Below are positions 10,853 to 21,837 of a stretch of DNA of 64,000 nucleotides, in pieces. The DNA comes from Chloropicon primus (taxonomy: Eukaryota). The position numbers and the translations under genes are program-made. Position 1 is the first letter of the stretch. The number at the start of each line of letters is the position of its first letter. Below the pieces are notes generated by a model. The model had not been told where the DNA came from. It saw only the letters and a list, made by a program, of their open reading frames with translations, and did not search any database. The stretch spans positions 620,001 through 684,000 of the forward strand of contig CP060757.1 in assembly GCA_023205875.1 (NCBI GenBank), in the 5' to 3' direction.

Positions 10853-13324
10853 ATGGATGGTCCCGGGAAGAGGAAGGCGCCGACGGCGACGGTGCGGTCG
10901 GAGTATGAGGTGGAATCGAAGCTCAAGCCGTTCTACACGGGAGGGAGGGTGAGCGTGTGTCGCTCGAAGAAGCTTGCGGCTTGCGCGTGCGGGGAGGAAG
11001 TGACGATACTTTGCCTGGAGACAGGGAAGGTGAAGCAAACGATACCAGGGGACTCTGCTTTGGTCTCGAGCGTATGCCTGAGTGAGAATGGGAGGGACGT
11101 CTTCATCGCCAGCAGGAGTTTGCAGTGCAGCCAGTGGGACTTGGAGACGCAGAGGTGCACCAGGCGCTTCAAGGGACACAAGGCGCCTATCCTGCACATG
11201 TGCATTGACTCGCAGGGCTTGTACCTCTGCACTGCGGGGGCCGACAACGCGGTCAAGGTGTGGGACATCCAAGAGGGTTACCTCACCCACTCGTTCAAAG
11301 GCCACCAGGGGGTGGTCCTGTTCTCGGCGTTTCACCCTCACCCCAAGAGGTACCACTTGTACACTTGCGGCGACGACACGACGGTGAAGGTCTGGGACCT
11401 GAAGAGCAAGAAGTGCCTCGCCACGCTCAAGGCCCACCTCTCCACCGTGACTTCGCTGTCCCTGTCGCCCTGCGGGGAGTTCTTGCTTTCTTGCGGGCAG
11501 GACAGCATGGCGCACATCTGGAGCGTCCAGAGCCTGAAGAAGGTGTCCAGCATCCCCCTGAACGAGGTGACGAACTCTGCCGTGTTCTTGGCCAGCAAGG
11601 ACATGGTGCTCCACTCCAGGAATTCGGAGGAATCATCTGCGGGGACGAAGCCATCGTGCTACTTTGTCACCGTCGGCCAGTCGGGCAAAGTGAGGTTCTG
11701 GAATCCAAAGAAGTTTTTGTGCGAGCACGAGTTTGGTGTCGATGACACGTGCGAGAAGGAGGGAGGGTGCCTCGACTTTGTGGTTGTGGACAATTCCACG
11801 ATACTGTGCACGACCCTGGACTGCAGGATTCTGACGTACCAGCTCAAGGATGAGATTGAGGCGTTCTCTGACAGCTTGGACACCAGGAGGCCGGACGCGT
11901 TCTGGAAAGGGCTGATCACTGGAAGCGAGCAGCTCGTGGGAAACAACGAGCAGATCACGGATCTCTGCTTCCTCGGCCCCAAGCACTTGGTGATCGCCAC
12001 GAACAGTCAATACATCCGAGTGTATGACGCCGAGACGTTCGCCTGCCTCTCGTCCTGCGCGGGCCACACGGACATTGTTCTGGCTCTGCAGGCGTTCGAA
12101 ATCTCTCCGGAGAGGTACCTTGTGGCCTCGGGGGGGAAGGACAACACCCTGCTCGTCTGGGACTCGACGCTGTCGGTGGACGCCCTCTGCTGCGGCAAAG
12201 CCGAGGGCCACTTCTCCGCGATCGAGTGCCTGGCCTTCCCCGCAAAGGTCGCGGGAAAGACTGTAGATTACGTGTGCTCGGGCGACGGTGACGGCTTCAT
12301 CAAGCTTTGGGACATGTCTTGGTTCTCCCCATCCAGGAAGGAGAAGGAGGCCCACTCCATGACCACGCTCTCGACCACTGCGGGCCACGAGAAGGACGTG
12401 AACACGGTAGCCTTTTCGCCCGACAACAAGCTGATCTGCACGGGTTCCCAGGACAAGTTGGCCAAGCTTTGGAGCGTCCCCTCCCTGGCCCCGGTGAGAA
12501 CCTTTAGGGGGCACTCCAGAGGCATCTGGAGCGTCTGCTTCTCCCCCATCGATCAAATCGTTTGCACGGCCTCGGGGGACAAGACGCTGAGGCTCTGGTC
12601 CATCCAGGACGGCACCTGCCTCCGGAGCTTCCAGGGCCACACCTCGAGCGTCCTGAAGGTTTGCTACATCTCATTCGGGGTTCAGGTCATCTCCACGGGT
12701 GCCGATGGCCTGGTCAAGGTCTGGAACGTGAGCAGCGCCGAGTGCGTCAACACTTTTGACTCTCACGAGGACAAGATTTGGGCTCTGAGCGTTTGTGATC
12801 AGGGGGAGAACTTCGCGAGCGGCAGTGGAGATGGGGAGGTCTTTGTCTGGAAGGACCACACGGACCAAAAGGCTCTCGAGGAGCGGAGGGCGGAGGCCGA
12901 CTTGATCAAAAAGAAGCAGAAGATATCGGACGCCGTGTACAGAGGATCGTACACCTCCGCCTTCAGGCTCGCCCTGGACCTCAAGTACCCCGGGCAGCTC
13001 CACAGAATTATTACGCAGGCCATGAAATCAGAGGAGACGGAGGCGGCCGAGGCGTTCTGGGGAGAGGTCGTCGAGAGCCTCAGCGACGAGGACATCAAGG
13101 AGTGCTTCCGGTACGCCTCGGATTGGAACACCAACTCAAAGCTGTACCTGTGCAGCCAGCTGTTGCAGCACAACATTTTCTCCAGGGTCCACCCGGACAG
13201 ACTCTCGGCGATTTCGGGCCTGGCGGACGTTTGGAACGCCCTCACCGCGTATTCGCAGAGGCACAGCAAGAGGATCGACACCCTGAGGAGGAGCACTTAC
13301 ATGCTCGATTACGCACTCAAATAA
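10853..13324 (+). CDS. UTP13: U3 snoRNP / SSU processome WD40 protein Utp13/TBL3
   Basis: FYTGG start motif, many WD40 repeats and a C-terminal Utp13 domain (WNTNSK...AYSQRHSKRIDTLRRSTYMLDY). Confidence 0.92.
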   Translation: MDGPGKRKAPTATVRSEYEVESKLKPFYTGGRVSVCRSKKLAACACGEEVTILCLETGKVKQTIPGDSALVSSVCLSENGRDVFIASRSLQCSQWDLETQRCTRRFKGHKAPILHMCIDSQGLYLCTAGADNAVKVWDIQEGYLTHSFKGHQGVVLFSAFHPHPKRYHLYTCGDDTTVKVWDLKSKKCLATLKAHLSTVTSLSLSPCGEFLLSCGQDSMAHIWSVQSLKKVSSIPLNEVTNSAVFLASKDMVLHSRNSEESSAGTKPSCYFVTVGQSGKVRFWNPKKFLCEHEFGVDDTCEKEGGCLDFVVVDNSTILCTTLDCRILTYQLKDEIEAFSDSLDTRRPDAFWKGLITGSEQLVGNNEQITDLCFLGPKHLVIATNSQYIRVYDAETFACLSSCAGHTDIVLALQAFEISPERYLVASGGKDNTLLVWDSTLSVDALCCGKAEGHFSAIECLAFPAKVAGKTVDYVCSGDGDGFIKLWDMSWFSPSRKEKEAHSMTTLSTTAGHEKDVNTVAFSPDNKLICTGSQDKLAKLWSVPSLAPVRTFRGHSRGIWSVCFSPIDQIVCTASGDKTLRLWSIQDGTCLRSFQGHTSSVLKVCYISFGVQVISTGADGLVKVWNVSSAECVNTFDSHEDKIWALSVCDQGENFASGSGDGEVFVWKDHTDQKALEERRAEADLIKKKQKISDAVYRGSYTSAFRLALDLKYPGQLHRIITQAMKSEETEAAEAFWGEVVESLSDEDIKECFRYASDWNTNSKLYLCSQLLQHNIFSRVHPDRLSAISGLADVWNALTAYSQRHSKRIDTLRRSTYMLDYALK

Positions 13325-13564
13325 ACTAATTATGTAATCGCGTGTCCAAGGATGACCATCATCGTCTTGCAGAGCACCATTCTCCATCCAATACCCCCCA
13401 CACCCGGACCTTTTCCCAAGCTCAAAACCAAAATTCTGCGGATTACCGCGGTCATCTCGACAAGAGAGAGACGAAGTTGGGGGAGTCGAAAGGGAAGGGG
13501 GGTTGTCTCTCTCGAGTCGAGGGGAGCGCCGCGACGGAAGCAACGACGCGAGGAGGGTCAAGAG

Positions 13565-15334
13565 ATGTCGGGGTATCCGCAAAGGGGCCCGCCGCCGCCG
13601 CAGGTGAGAACTCGAGCCGGCCTTTTCGCTTGGGACGCGGCTTTTTTTTGCGAACTCGGGGAAGGAGCCACCCATTCCGTCTCCATACACAACCCGGAAA
13701 AGAAAAAGTAACAGCTTTTGTGCTAACCTCACTCGGTCGTCCCTTGCCTCTGTCTCACCGTCTGCCTTCCTCTGCTCCTTCCTCTCTCTACGCAGCAGTA
13801 CTATCAGCAGCAAGGCGCAGGCTACGGGAACCAGCAACAGTACAACAACTACAACTATAATGCGGGGTATGGGAACCCGGTTCAAAATCCGTATCAGCAG
13901 CGTGGGGCTCCCACGAACTATGGCGGCCAGCGGCCCGATCTGCAGCAGCCTCCGGCGCAGGCGCAGGGGCGTGCGAGGGACCCGAGGCAGCAGCTTGCGC
14001 AGCTGCAGCGGTATTTGGGACAGGTTCTGTCGCAGGCGGGAAGGGACGCCCTGCCTTACCCGGAGCAGGAGAAGTACATCATCAGGCAGCACATTCTTGA
14101 CGTCGTAAGCGAGTTTCCCTCCCTCGCGGTGTCCGTCACCGGGTTCACCCACAACGACGGGAGGGACGTGAAGATCCTGAAAGTGGAGGGGACGGCTCCG
14201 ATGTATTTCCAAGGGAGGAAATACAACCTGCCGCTGACGCTGTGGCTCCTCGAGGGCTACCCGAGGTCTCCCCCCCGGGTTTACCTCACGCCCACGAAGG
14301 ATATGATCATCAAATCGAACCACAGGTTCGTCGACGCCTCTGGTTGCGTGAACTCCCCGTACCTGGAGCAGTGGTCGTTCCCGTCGAGCAACTTGAGGGA
14401 CCTGACCACGACCCTCTGCATCCATTTCGGGCAGGACCCGCCCTTGTACGCCAAGCCGCCGAACTGGCGGCCCGTGGTCCACGCCGCGCAGAGCTTCCAG
14501 CCACCCCAGGGCGGGGGCTCCCCGTACCCCCAGCAAGCGGGCGGCCACGCCGCCGGCGGGCCCGGGGCTTTCCACGGTTACAACCCCATGGTGAGCCAGC
14601 AGCAGGAGCAGCAGCAGCAGGCCTCCGGCTACCCCGTGCACACCCAGCAGGCCTCCCCGGCCCCCGCGACGCAAGGCAGGCCGCCCCAGGCGCAGGGCGC
14701 TGGAGGGGGAGGCGCCCCACCCGTTCAGGGCGATCCCTCCAAGCTCTTCAAGGAGCAGGCGGTGGACGTCCTGTCGAAGAGGGTGGTCAAGACCTTCCAG
14801 GCCATCGAGAGGCACACCATGCAGTCGGTTGAGGATAGGTTGGGGGAGCAGCAAGTGCTCGAGGAGAGGGCGAGCAAGCTTGCGTCCCTGGCGGATGCGC
14901 TGGCCAAGGAGAGGGACATGATCGACAGCTGCATCCACAAGTACGAGTCGAAGACCTTGGAGCTCGAGGGCTGGCTGGAGAAGCACCGGGAGATCGACCA
15001 CGACATCGAGGCGGACCTTGACGGGGTGTTCATTCCGTCGGACTCGCTTTCGGCCCAGGCCATCCAGGCCATGACGAAGGACTTGGCAATAGAAGACGCG
15101 ATGTACGCGTTGGAGCAGGCCTTGCTGAACGACTCTCTCGACCCCGTGGTCTACCTGAAGCAGGTCAGGTCCCTCTCGAGGAAGCAGTTCTACCACAGGA
15201 AGCTGACCATGAAGATTGCGGAGGTGCAGAAGCAGCAGGCGGCCCAGAACCCCCCGCGGCCACGAGGTGCGAGCCAGACCCAGGACGGGGACTGGGAGAT
15301 CCTGCAGGAGTTCGGCCTGGACCTGAACAAGTGA
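13565..15334 (+). CDS. VPS23: ESCRT-I subunit Vps23/TSG101/ELC; 2 exons (13565-13603, ~13796-15334)
   Basis: UEV domain (GTAPMYFQGRKYNLPLTLWLLEGYPRSPPRVYLTPT), Pro-rich linker, coiled coil and steadiness box (DLAIEDAMYALEQAL...YLKQVRSLSRKQFYHR). Intron 13604-13795 has a NAGNAG acceptor. Confidence 0.92.
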
Positions 15335-15560
15335 TTTTTTTTTTCGAGGGAGCCGGCGACGGCCCCCCGGCCCGCCGCCGTGTAAAGAAATAGGAGGGGT
15401 GGGGGCCGAGAGCCTTGAGTGGGCGTGGGGCGGGAAAATAATATGTAAAACTGTATCAATATTGGGATTGCGATCGGAGAGCGCGATCTACCTCTTTTCT
15501 CTTTTAGCGGCTATTAAAATTACAATGATTGTATATGTAAAACAAAACACACAATAAATC

Positions 15561-16226
15561 CTACTTCTGCTGCTGCGCAGAGCTCAAGCGCTTCTTCAGG
15601 ACCTTGTTCTCCTCCGTCAGCCTCTTCACCTTCTCCGTGAGGTCCTTGATCTTCTTGTCGCTCTCCTTCTTGTTCTTCTCCAGGCCCTGGATGTACTGCT
15701 TCTTCCTCTCCCTCGCGAGCTGCGCCGACACCCTGTTCCTCAGCAACCTCTTCATCCGCTTCACCTCGTGGTCCTCGCTCGCTCCGCCCTCGCTCGAGGC
15801 TCCCAGCGACCCCTTGTCGACCTTCCAGACCTCCCCCTTCTTCACCTTCCCGACGACCGGCTGCTTGTTGGCCTCCTTCCTGGCCCTCTTCTCCGCGCCT
15901 CGCTTCGTCGTCGCCGGCGCAGTCGTCGCCCGCTTCTTCTTGTCGTCCTTCTCCATCACGAGAAGCGAGGACCCAGACGTCGTGGGCACGTTGCCGCTCT
16001 TCGCGTAGTCAACGCCGTCCGGGAACGGGCCGATGTCCGGCGGGAACAGGCCAGAGTGCTCGAAAACCAGCCCAGATCCCTGCTGCATACGACCGAGGTC
16101 CTGCCCGTCCCGCCCGTACGCCTCCCGAAAGCGGAACCCCTCCTCCGGCATCGTGTCGTAGAACGGACAGTCGTACTGAATGTCCATGTAGGTGTTATCG
16201 TTCGGCACCAGCCTGTACCTGTCCAT
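15561..16226 (-). CDS. bZIP transcription factor, HY5-like
   Basis: Basic region KRMKRLLRNRVSAQLARERKKQYIQGLE followed by a leucine zipper. The start is uncertain because upstream exons are possible. Confidence 0.8.
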   Translation of the reverse strand: MDRYRLVPNDNTYMDIQYDCPFYDTMPEEGFRFREAYGRDGQDLGRMQQGSGLVFEHSGLFPPDIGPFPDGVDYAKSGNVPTTSGSSLLVMEKDDKKKRATTAPATTKRGAEKRARKEANKQPVVGKVKKGEVWKVDKGSLGASSEGGASEDHEVKRMKRLLRNRVSAQLARERKKQYIQGLEKNKKESDKKIKDLTEKVKRLTEENKVLKKRLSSAQQQK

Positions 16227-16626
16227 ATGCCCTTCAACCTCGAGGCAAACGCACGCGCACACGCTCCTCGACAAGAACCAAACCAAACCAAATGCAACAA
16301 ATGCGACGCGCGGCGGTTTACAGGTCTATACTCACAGAAGGGCTTGGATCCGTGTCGCGTGTGTCTCCTGCCTCCGCCGTGTCCGTGCCCGTGTCCGTGA
16401 CCGTGTCTCCGCTTCTCTTCCCGTGTCCGTCACGGTGTCTTGGTATGAGGCTGAACACCTCATCTTGAGAATCTGATCTGGATCTCAGAGCAATTCCTGG
16501 CCAGGAGTTTTTGTTCCAATAAGATATTTGAGGATGACAGCGAATCCCACCTCTTCAAAACCACTTGGACTGGGAAGAGAGAGACGACGCGGTGGTTGCC
16601 CAAGAAAGAAAAGACCAAGACGAAGC

Positions 16627-16655
16627 AACCGAACCGAACCGAACCGAACCGAACC
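16627..16655. repeat. (GAACC)n pentanucleotide repeat among other simple repeats in the bZIP/tectonic intergenic region
   Basis: Read directly from the sequence. Confidence 0.85.
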
Positions 16656-17085
16656 GATGCATGAGTTGCATGTATGCGTCGTCTTCTTCTTCGTCTTCTT
16701 CTTCGTCTTCTTCTCGGGTGGTGGTTCCACCCCTTCATCCTCATCCAGAGAGAGAGAGAGAGAGAGAGAGAGCAAGTCTTCCTCGTGCGGGCAGTCTTCC
16801 TCGGGAAAGGGAGAGTCTTCCCTCCCTCCCTCCCACCTTTTCCCCCCGATCAACCTCTCTCCCCAAACCATTTTTTCGTGTCTTCCGGTCGTATTCCTCT
16901 AAGAAGAAGAAGAAGAAAGAAAGAAAGAAGGAAAAAACCCTCCCTTTTCTTTGTGTTTCGGCGGGAAAATCAAAGATGAATACCTTTTCCCTCTTCTCGA
17001 CAGGGAGACAGAGGCCTGAAGAGAGAGCGCGCACGCGTGCTTGCTTGCTTGCGTGCTTGTGTTTTGCTCTTGTTCGGTGAGATAG

Positions 17086-19122
17086 ATGAGAAGAGGGAGG
17101 TCTTCGTCTTCCTCCGCGGGGAGGGGAGCCGCGCTCGTGCTCCTTCTCCTGGTGGCGGTGGCCTCAGCGGAGAACTCCTCGTCGGGGAGGAGGCTGGCGC
17201 AGGCCCTGTACACGACGTCCCTCGGCGGGTACAAGGTCTTCGAGTCGTACCCGACGGACTGGACCGCCGTGGACGCGGCCCCCCAGGCGAGGACGGTGCA
17301 GGTGAATGACATTGGGGCGTGTTACTGCGACCTCACGGCGAACGCCTGCGACACGAACTGCTGCTGCGACGCGGACTGCGGGGCGGAGGACAAGGCCCTC
17401 TTCACGGGCTGCCTCCCGGAGGCGCCCAACAGGCCCCAGCTCACGTACTGCGTGCCCAAGTCCGTGGTCCAGACGGTGAACCTGCAGTCGAGCGGGTCCC
17501 TCGCCGTGGTGTACAAGACGACGCCGAAGAAGGACTTTTTCAGCGAGCTGCTGTGCGTGGAGAAGGACAACAACCCCGCGTTCGGGAACTTCTTCATGGA
17601 CCCCGGCGCCGGGAGCAGCGACAGGCTCACGGACGTCCTCTCCCGGAACCCGGGGGCGACCTACAAGACCTCGGTCTTGGGCTCCCAGCAGGCGGTCTCC
17701 TTCGAGTCGAGCTACAAGGCCAACGAGACCATCGCGGTGGCGTACACGACGTCGACGGGGACCTCTGAGCCCAAGTACGCGGCCCTGTCGCTTCCCGTCG
17801 CCGTCTTCGGGGACGAGTGCAGGGAGGTGGAGCTCGTGGGCTTCCTGGCGAGCGTTCCCGAGGACGCGAGGCAGAACAGCAGGGCGTGCTTGAGGAAAAC
17901 GAGGAGCCTGTCCACGGACTGCTTCGCTGAGAGCCCCTTCCTCTCGGCGCAGTACTACGTCGGCGGCCTCAACGTCGCGACGACGCCGGCCAAGTCCTCT
18001 TACGTGGCCGTCACCGTCTCCAAGGTCTCCACCTTGGACTCGGACACGGGCGCCATCACCACCTCAGGCTCCAAGACCGTGGGCGCCACTTCCTACGACG
18101 CGGTGAGCACGACCTGCTCGAACGTCCTCAAGTCGCTCAAGTACACCATCAAGCACAACGGGAACGGGGTGATCAGCGCGGTGGAGGCCGAGGTCCTTCT
18201 CACGAACGTGAAGGCTCAGGCCGCGGACCTCGCCTCGCTGGAGCAAGAGTTCTCGGTCGTCTTCGAGAGGGAGGGCGTGACCCAGTCGGCCAGGGGGAAG
18301 AGCGGGAACCCGGGCTACCGAGTGAACTACCCGGTGCTGTTCGGGGTGGACACGACTGACGCGGGGACCCAAAAGTCGGCCGTCTCCCAGTTCCTTGCGG
18401 GCTTGCCGATGATCTCCATGGGCGCTCACGGCGAGTGCAGCACGCAGCACACGCGGCCCCTGCCTTACGGGTCCCAGTCCATGGGCTCGTGCAAGATGAA
18501 CTTCTTCAGGGAACAGCTCAAGAAGTTTTGCCAGAAGGACATCTCTGGTTTCGTTGTCCCGGCGGTCCCGTCGTACTGCCCCGTCTCGGAGAGCCAAGAC
18601 ATATCCAGAGCAATCTCCGTGAGGCACCAGCAACTCCTTAGCGAGGCCACGACGCCTCTGCCGATAAAGCTCTTGTCCGGGCTCTTTGGGTCGACCGCCA
18701 TGTCCGGGACGTACGCGGGAAACAAGGCCTACGTTGGGATTTGGGGGGATTCGAGCCCAAGCAACACAGCCGATTGGATCGAGTTTGAGGTGGAGAGCAT
18801 CGACGATGGAATGTCGTGGAACGAGCAGGAGAGCACCTGCTCCAAGGTCGTGTCTGGCATCCAGTACGAGTTCCTGACCGCAAACGTGGGGTCTCAGCAA
18901 AATCCGCAGCAGAAGGTCACCTACGCGAGGGTCAAGTTCACGTACGACGACTGGACCTTCAGCAACCCAAGCCTTGACGCCTGCCCCCAGCCGTTCAATG
19001 TCTACTCTTCCGCTTCGTTTGTGGAGATGGACCAAGAGGTGGACGAGAATGTGAAGCCCCCTGCACCCCCTGTATTTCCAAAGCTACCCGAGGACGCCTT
19101 CTACCCTTTCCTTACCAACTAA
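17086..19122 (+). CDS. TCTN: Tectonic family ciliary transition-zone protein
   Basis: Signal peptide, CYCDLTANACDTNCCCDADC, SGNPGYRVNYPVLFG and C-terminal PKLPEDAFYPF. Confidence 0.88.
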   Translation: MRRGRSSSSSAGRGAALVLLLLVAVASAENSSSGRRLAQALYTTSLGGYKVFESYPTDWTAVDAAPQARTVQVNDIGACYCDLTANACDTNCCCDADCGAEDKALFTGCLPEAPNRPQLTYCVPKSVVQTVNLQSSGSLAVVYKTTPKKDFFSELLCVEKDNNPAFGNFFMDPGAGSSDRLTDVLSRNPGATYKTSVLGSQQAVSFESSYKANETIAVAYTTSTGTSEPKYAALSLPVAVFGDECREVELVGFLASVPEDARQNSRACLRKTRSLSTDCFAESPFLSAQYYVGGLNVATTPAKSSYVAVTVSKVSTLDSDTGAITTSGSKTVGATSYDAVSTTCSNVLKSLKYTIKHNGNGVISAVEAEVLLTNVKAQAADLASLEQEFSVVFEREGVTQSARGKSGNPGYRVNYPVLFGVDTTDAGTQKSAVSQFLAGLPMISMGAHGECSTQHTRPLPYGSQSMGSCKMNFFREQLKKFCQKDISGFVVPAVPSYCPVSESQDISRAISVRHQQLLSEATTPLPIKLLSGLFGSTAMSGTYAGNKAYVGIWGDSSPSNTADWIEFEVESIDDGMSWNEQESTCSKVVSGIQYEFLTANVGSQQNPQQKVTYARVKFTYDDWTFSNPSLDACPQPFNVYSSASFVEMDQEVDENVKPPAPPVFPKLPEDAFYPFLTN

Positions 19123-19223
19123 AGCACAGAGACACGCACAACAAGTGTTTGTTCTTCGTTATACCATATAATACACAAAGCGTTCATAAATCACAACAAT
19201 TTATTCTCTCGTATACACACCAC

Positions 19224-21110
19224 TCAGTTCTCTGCTCCCGCCCGCTTCTCTTCGGGCTTCTCTTCGGGCAAAGTGTAGTTCGTCTCCCTGTTGATCCCGC
19301 AAAAAGTGACGGTCTTCCTTGCCTGCCCCAGACTCGCCATGAGCGCCAGCTCGGCGTCAAAGGAGTGCGTGTCGTCCTCCGCCTGCTGGCCCATCATGTG
19401 AGAAAAGTAATGATAGAATTTCCTGGCGTACCTGGCCCTCGTGAAGTTTCTCCTGATGACCCCAAAGCCGTACAGAGACACTTTGCTGCAAATGTTCAAA
19501 GCGATGACCAAGGCAACGAGCCCGGAGGACGGCGTGTCCCCCCCCTTGAAGAGCACCTTGAGGTTCACCTTTGCCTGCACCTTGTAGGCCTTGAGCAGAA
19601 GTTTCGAGACTCCGATGACCTCTCTGGACAAGAGCCTCACCGAGATGTCGGGCCTGATCTGCCTCAGCTTTTTCACTAGCCTGTCGTAGTCCTTACCAGT
19701 CGTCCTGCTGACGATCACCATGGAATCTTTCTCCAGGGGCAAGAAGGACGTCCTGTCAATGTGGATGTACTTGTAAGTCCACCTGCCGTTCAGAATCCTG
19801 ATCGTTGTCTTCGACCCCGTGTACTTGGCACAGGAGCCATTCGTCGGCGCTTGATTGAGGCGGATGACAACGTGGTGCTTGTCTATCTGCTTGCCAAAGT
19901 CAGGGTTCGAAAAGATCTGACTGCTGCTTCCTACGACTGCGCAAGACAAGGACCTCCTGTTGAACCGTTTCACGAGGTTCTGGTAGGGCTTGAGGACCTG
20001 CCGGGAGTTCAGGGGCAAGGTCGAATTTGCGGTGGAGTTGCACGATTGCGTCAACTCCGTCTGAGCAACGCTGCTGCTGAGGGCCTCCTTCCAGTTCTCG
20101 CAGTGCACGAACAGCTTGGACGCGTCAGGCAGCTTGTACAGGTCAGGCGTGAGCTTGATTGGCAGGCCTGGCGGACCGCACAGCGTCTCGTTGTCATAAA
20201 AGGTGATGTTGTCCGATGCGATTTTGGCAAGAGTCGAGTTGCAAGGGTCCGCGTGGTTGAACTTGGACAGGCTGAAGTTTGCGGGTCTGGCCTGGCTTTC
20301 CTTTTCCCCCTCGAGCATCGGCGGCGGTGGGGGCGTCAGTTCGGGCTCCGGACCATCCGGGTTCCCGCTCTCGGTAGAGTCTGCCTTCTCCTCGGCCACC
20401 CCTCCAGACTCCGTGCCCGGCTCCGTGAGTGTGTCCGCTTCTGTTGGGGTTGGGTCCTCTTCGACCTTAACTGGTTCGACACTTTTTTGCACCTCCTCGA
20501 CTCTCGGGGTCTCTTGGACGACCTCCTCGGCTCTCGGGGTTTCTTGGATGACCTCCTCGACTCTCGGGGTCTCTTGGACGACCTCCTCGGCTCTCGGGGT
20601 CTCTTGGACGACCTCCTCGGCTCTCGGGGTTTCTTGGACGACCTCCTCGGCTCTCGGGGCTTCTTGGACGACCTCCTCGGCTCTCGGGGCTTCTTGGACG
20701 ACCTCCTCGGCTCTCGGGGTCTCTTGGACAACCTCCTCGACTACTTTTTGACGCTTCACCGCCTGCGCTGGCTCGTTGTGCACCACAGCCTTCGCGGCGT
20801 TGGCATTTGTTGCGGCAACGACCGGCGCCGGATCGATGACGTGGTGCGGATGGAAGAACTGATGCTGCAAGAATAGCAGAGCAACAGACAGAAGGGTCAC
20901 GAAGACTATGAATCTTCTGATGCGCACCGTATTCCTTCTCCTGCTCGTCATGGACCCGCTCCGGTTCCGAAGCGGCTGTGGTGGTCGCGGGCTCTCGCTC
21001 GTCTGCCCCTGGTGCTTGCTCCTTTCTTTCCCCTTCGCCTCCCCACCCCACTCCCAGTCCGAGTTCCAGTCCTCCCCCCAGTCCCCCTGTCCTGCTGCAC
21101 CTTTCTTCAT
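19224..21110 (-). CDS. GT29 sialyltransferase-like type II membrane glycosyltransferase with repeat-containing stem
   Basis: N-terminal TM helix. Sialylmotif L (CAVVGSS...GKQIDKHHVVIRLNQAP), S (PSSGLVALVIALNICSKVSLYGF), III (YHYF) and VS (HSFDAE). Confidence 0.88.
   Translation of the reverse strand: MKKGAAGQGDWGEDWNSDWEWGGEAKGKERSKHQGQTSESPRPPQPLRNRSGSMTSRRRNTVRIRRFIVFVTLLSVALLFLQHQFFHPHHVIDPAPVVAATNANAAKAVVHNEPAQAVKRQKVVEEVVQETPRAEEVVQEAPRAEEVVQEAPRAEEVVQETPRAEEVVQETPRAEEVVQETPRVEEVIQETPRAEEVVQETPRVEEVQKSVEPVKVEEDPTPTEADTLTEPGTESGGVAEEKADSTESGNPDGPEPELTPPPPPMLEGEKESQARPANFSLSKFNHADPCNSTLAKIASDNITFYDNETLCGPPGLPIKLTPDLYKLPDASKLFVHCENWKEALSSSVAQTELTQSCNSTANSTLPLNSRQVLKPYQNLVKRFNRRSLSCAVVGSSSQIFSNPDFGKQIDKHHVVIRLNQAPTNGSCAKYTGSKTTIRILNGRWTYKYIHIDRTSFLPLEKDSMVIVSRTTGKDYDRLVKKLRQIRPDISVRLLSREVIGVSKLLLKAYKVQAKVNLKVLFKGGDTPSSGLVALVIALNICSKVSLYGFGVIRRNFTRARYARKFYHYFSHMMGQQAEDDTHSFDAELALMASLGQARKTVTFCGINRETNYTLPEEKPEEKRAGAEN
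20491..20740 (-). repeat. Coding 30-nt minisatellite, 8 near-identical units of VVQE(T/A)PR(A/V)EE plus a partial unit
   Basis: acctcctcggctctcggggtctcttggacg units repeated on the + strand. Confidence 0.95.
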
Positions 21111-21837
21111 CCTCGCATCCAGTGTCGCAGCAGCAACATGTTATTCCAAGGTCCCACCTTTCTTAGCTCACCGATAACCCTGGTGGCATTCCTCCGATGG
21201 TGTTGCCAGAATCACGATCAATGACGGATCAACCACCCCTTCCCCTGCCTTCCTCTCGAGGACTCGACTCGCACGACACACACACAAGCTCCTCCGCTCT
21301 CGCAGCTCCCCTTTTTCCTATACACAAATGCAAAAAGTAAAGTAACCCACCCAGTAAAGGAAGACGAAAAGGAACGGAGCAAGGGAACAAGGGAGCGAGG
21401 GAGCAAGGGAGCCTCCGTCCAGCCCCCCGAGGCATTCCAAGATCCTATCTTGGCATCTTCCGGTTCCGTTTCTGTGTTTGTTGTTGTTCCCCTGGTCCTT
21501 GTGTTTTCGGCCACAACTTTGGGCCACAATTTTATATAAAGGAATGGGGAGAATGGGCAGTAGGCAGGGGAGGAAAGCAGGGAAAGGGGAAGGAGGGTTT
21601 TTTGTTGTAACAGTGTTGCTGCCTGGGAGTCGGGGGCAACCGAAGCGACAGGATCTTTTCCTGAAGAAAGACGGAAGACGAGGATGGCCGTGCTTACGTA
21701 GGGTCCTGCAGACCACTGAGCTTCGACGTGGTGAACGCGCTGGCGTGGAGTCGGAGGGAAAGGAAGGAAAGGAAGAAAGGACTCGGGAGGAGGACGGGTA
21801 GGAAAAGGGCACCTCAACTTGGGCAACAACAGGAAGG

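Noticed and set aside
13136..15196. Long antisense ORFs (e.g. 13136-15196, 5633-7339, 50828-53164, 60010-61665)
   Set aside because: Shadow ORFs expected from high GC3 codon bias opposite real genes, with no recognisable motifs.
20491..20740. Regular 30-nt repeats resembling a CRISPR array
   Set aside because: There are no unique spacers. It is an in-frame coding minisatellite within the GT29 gene.
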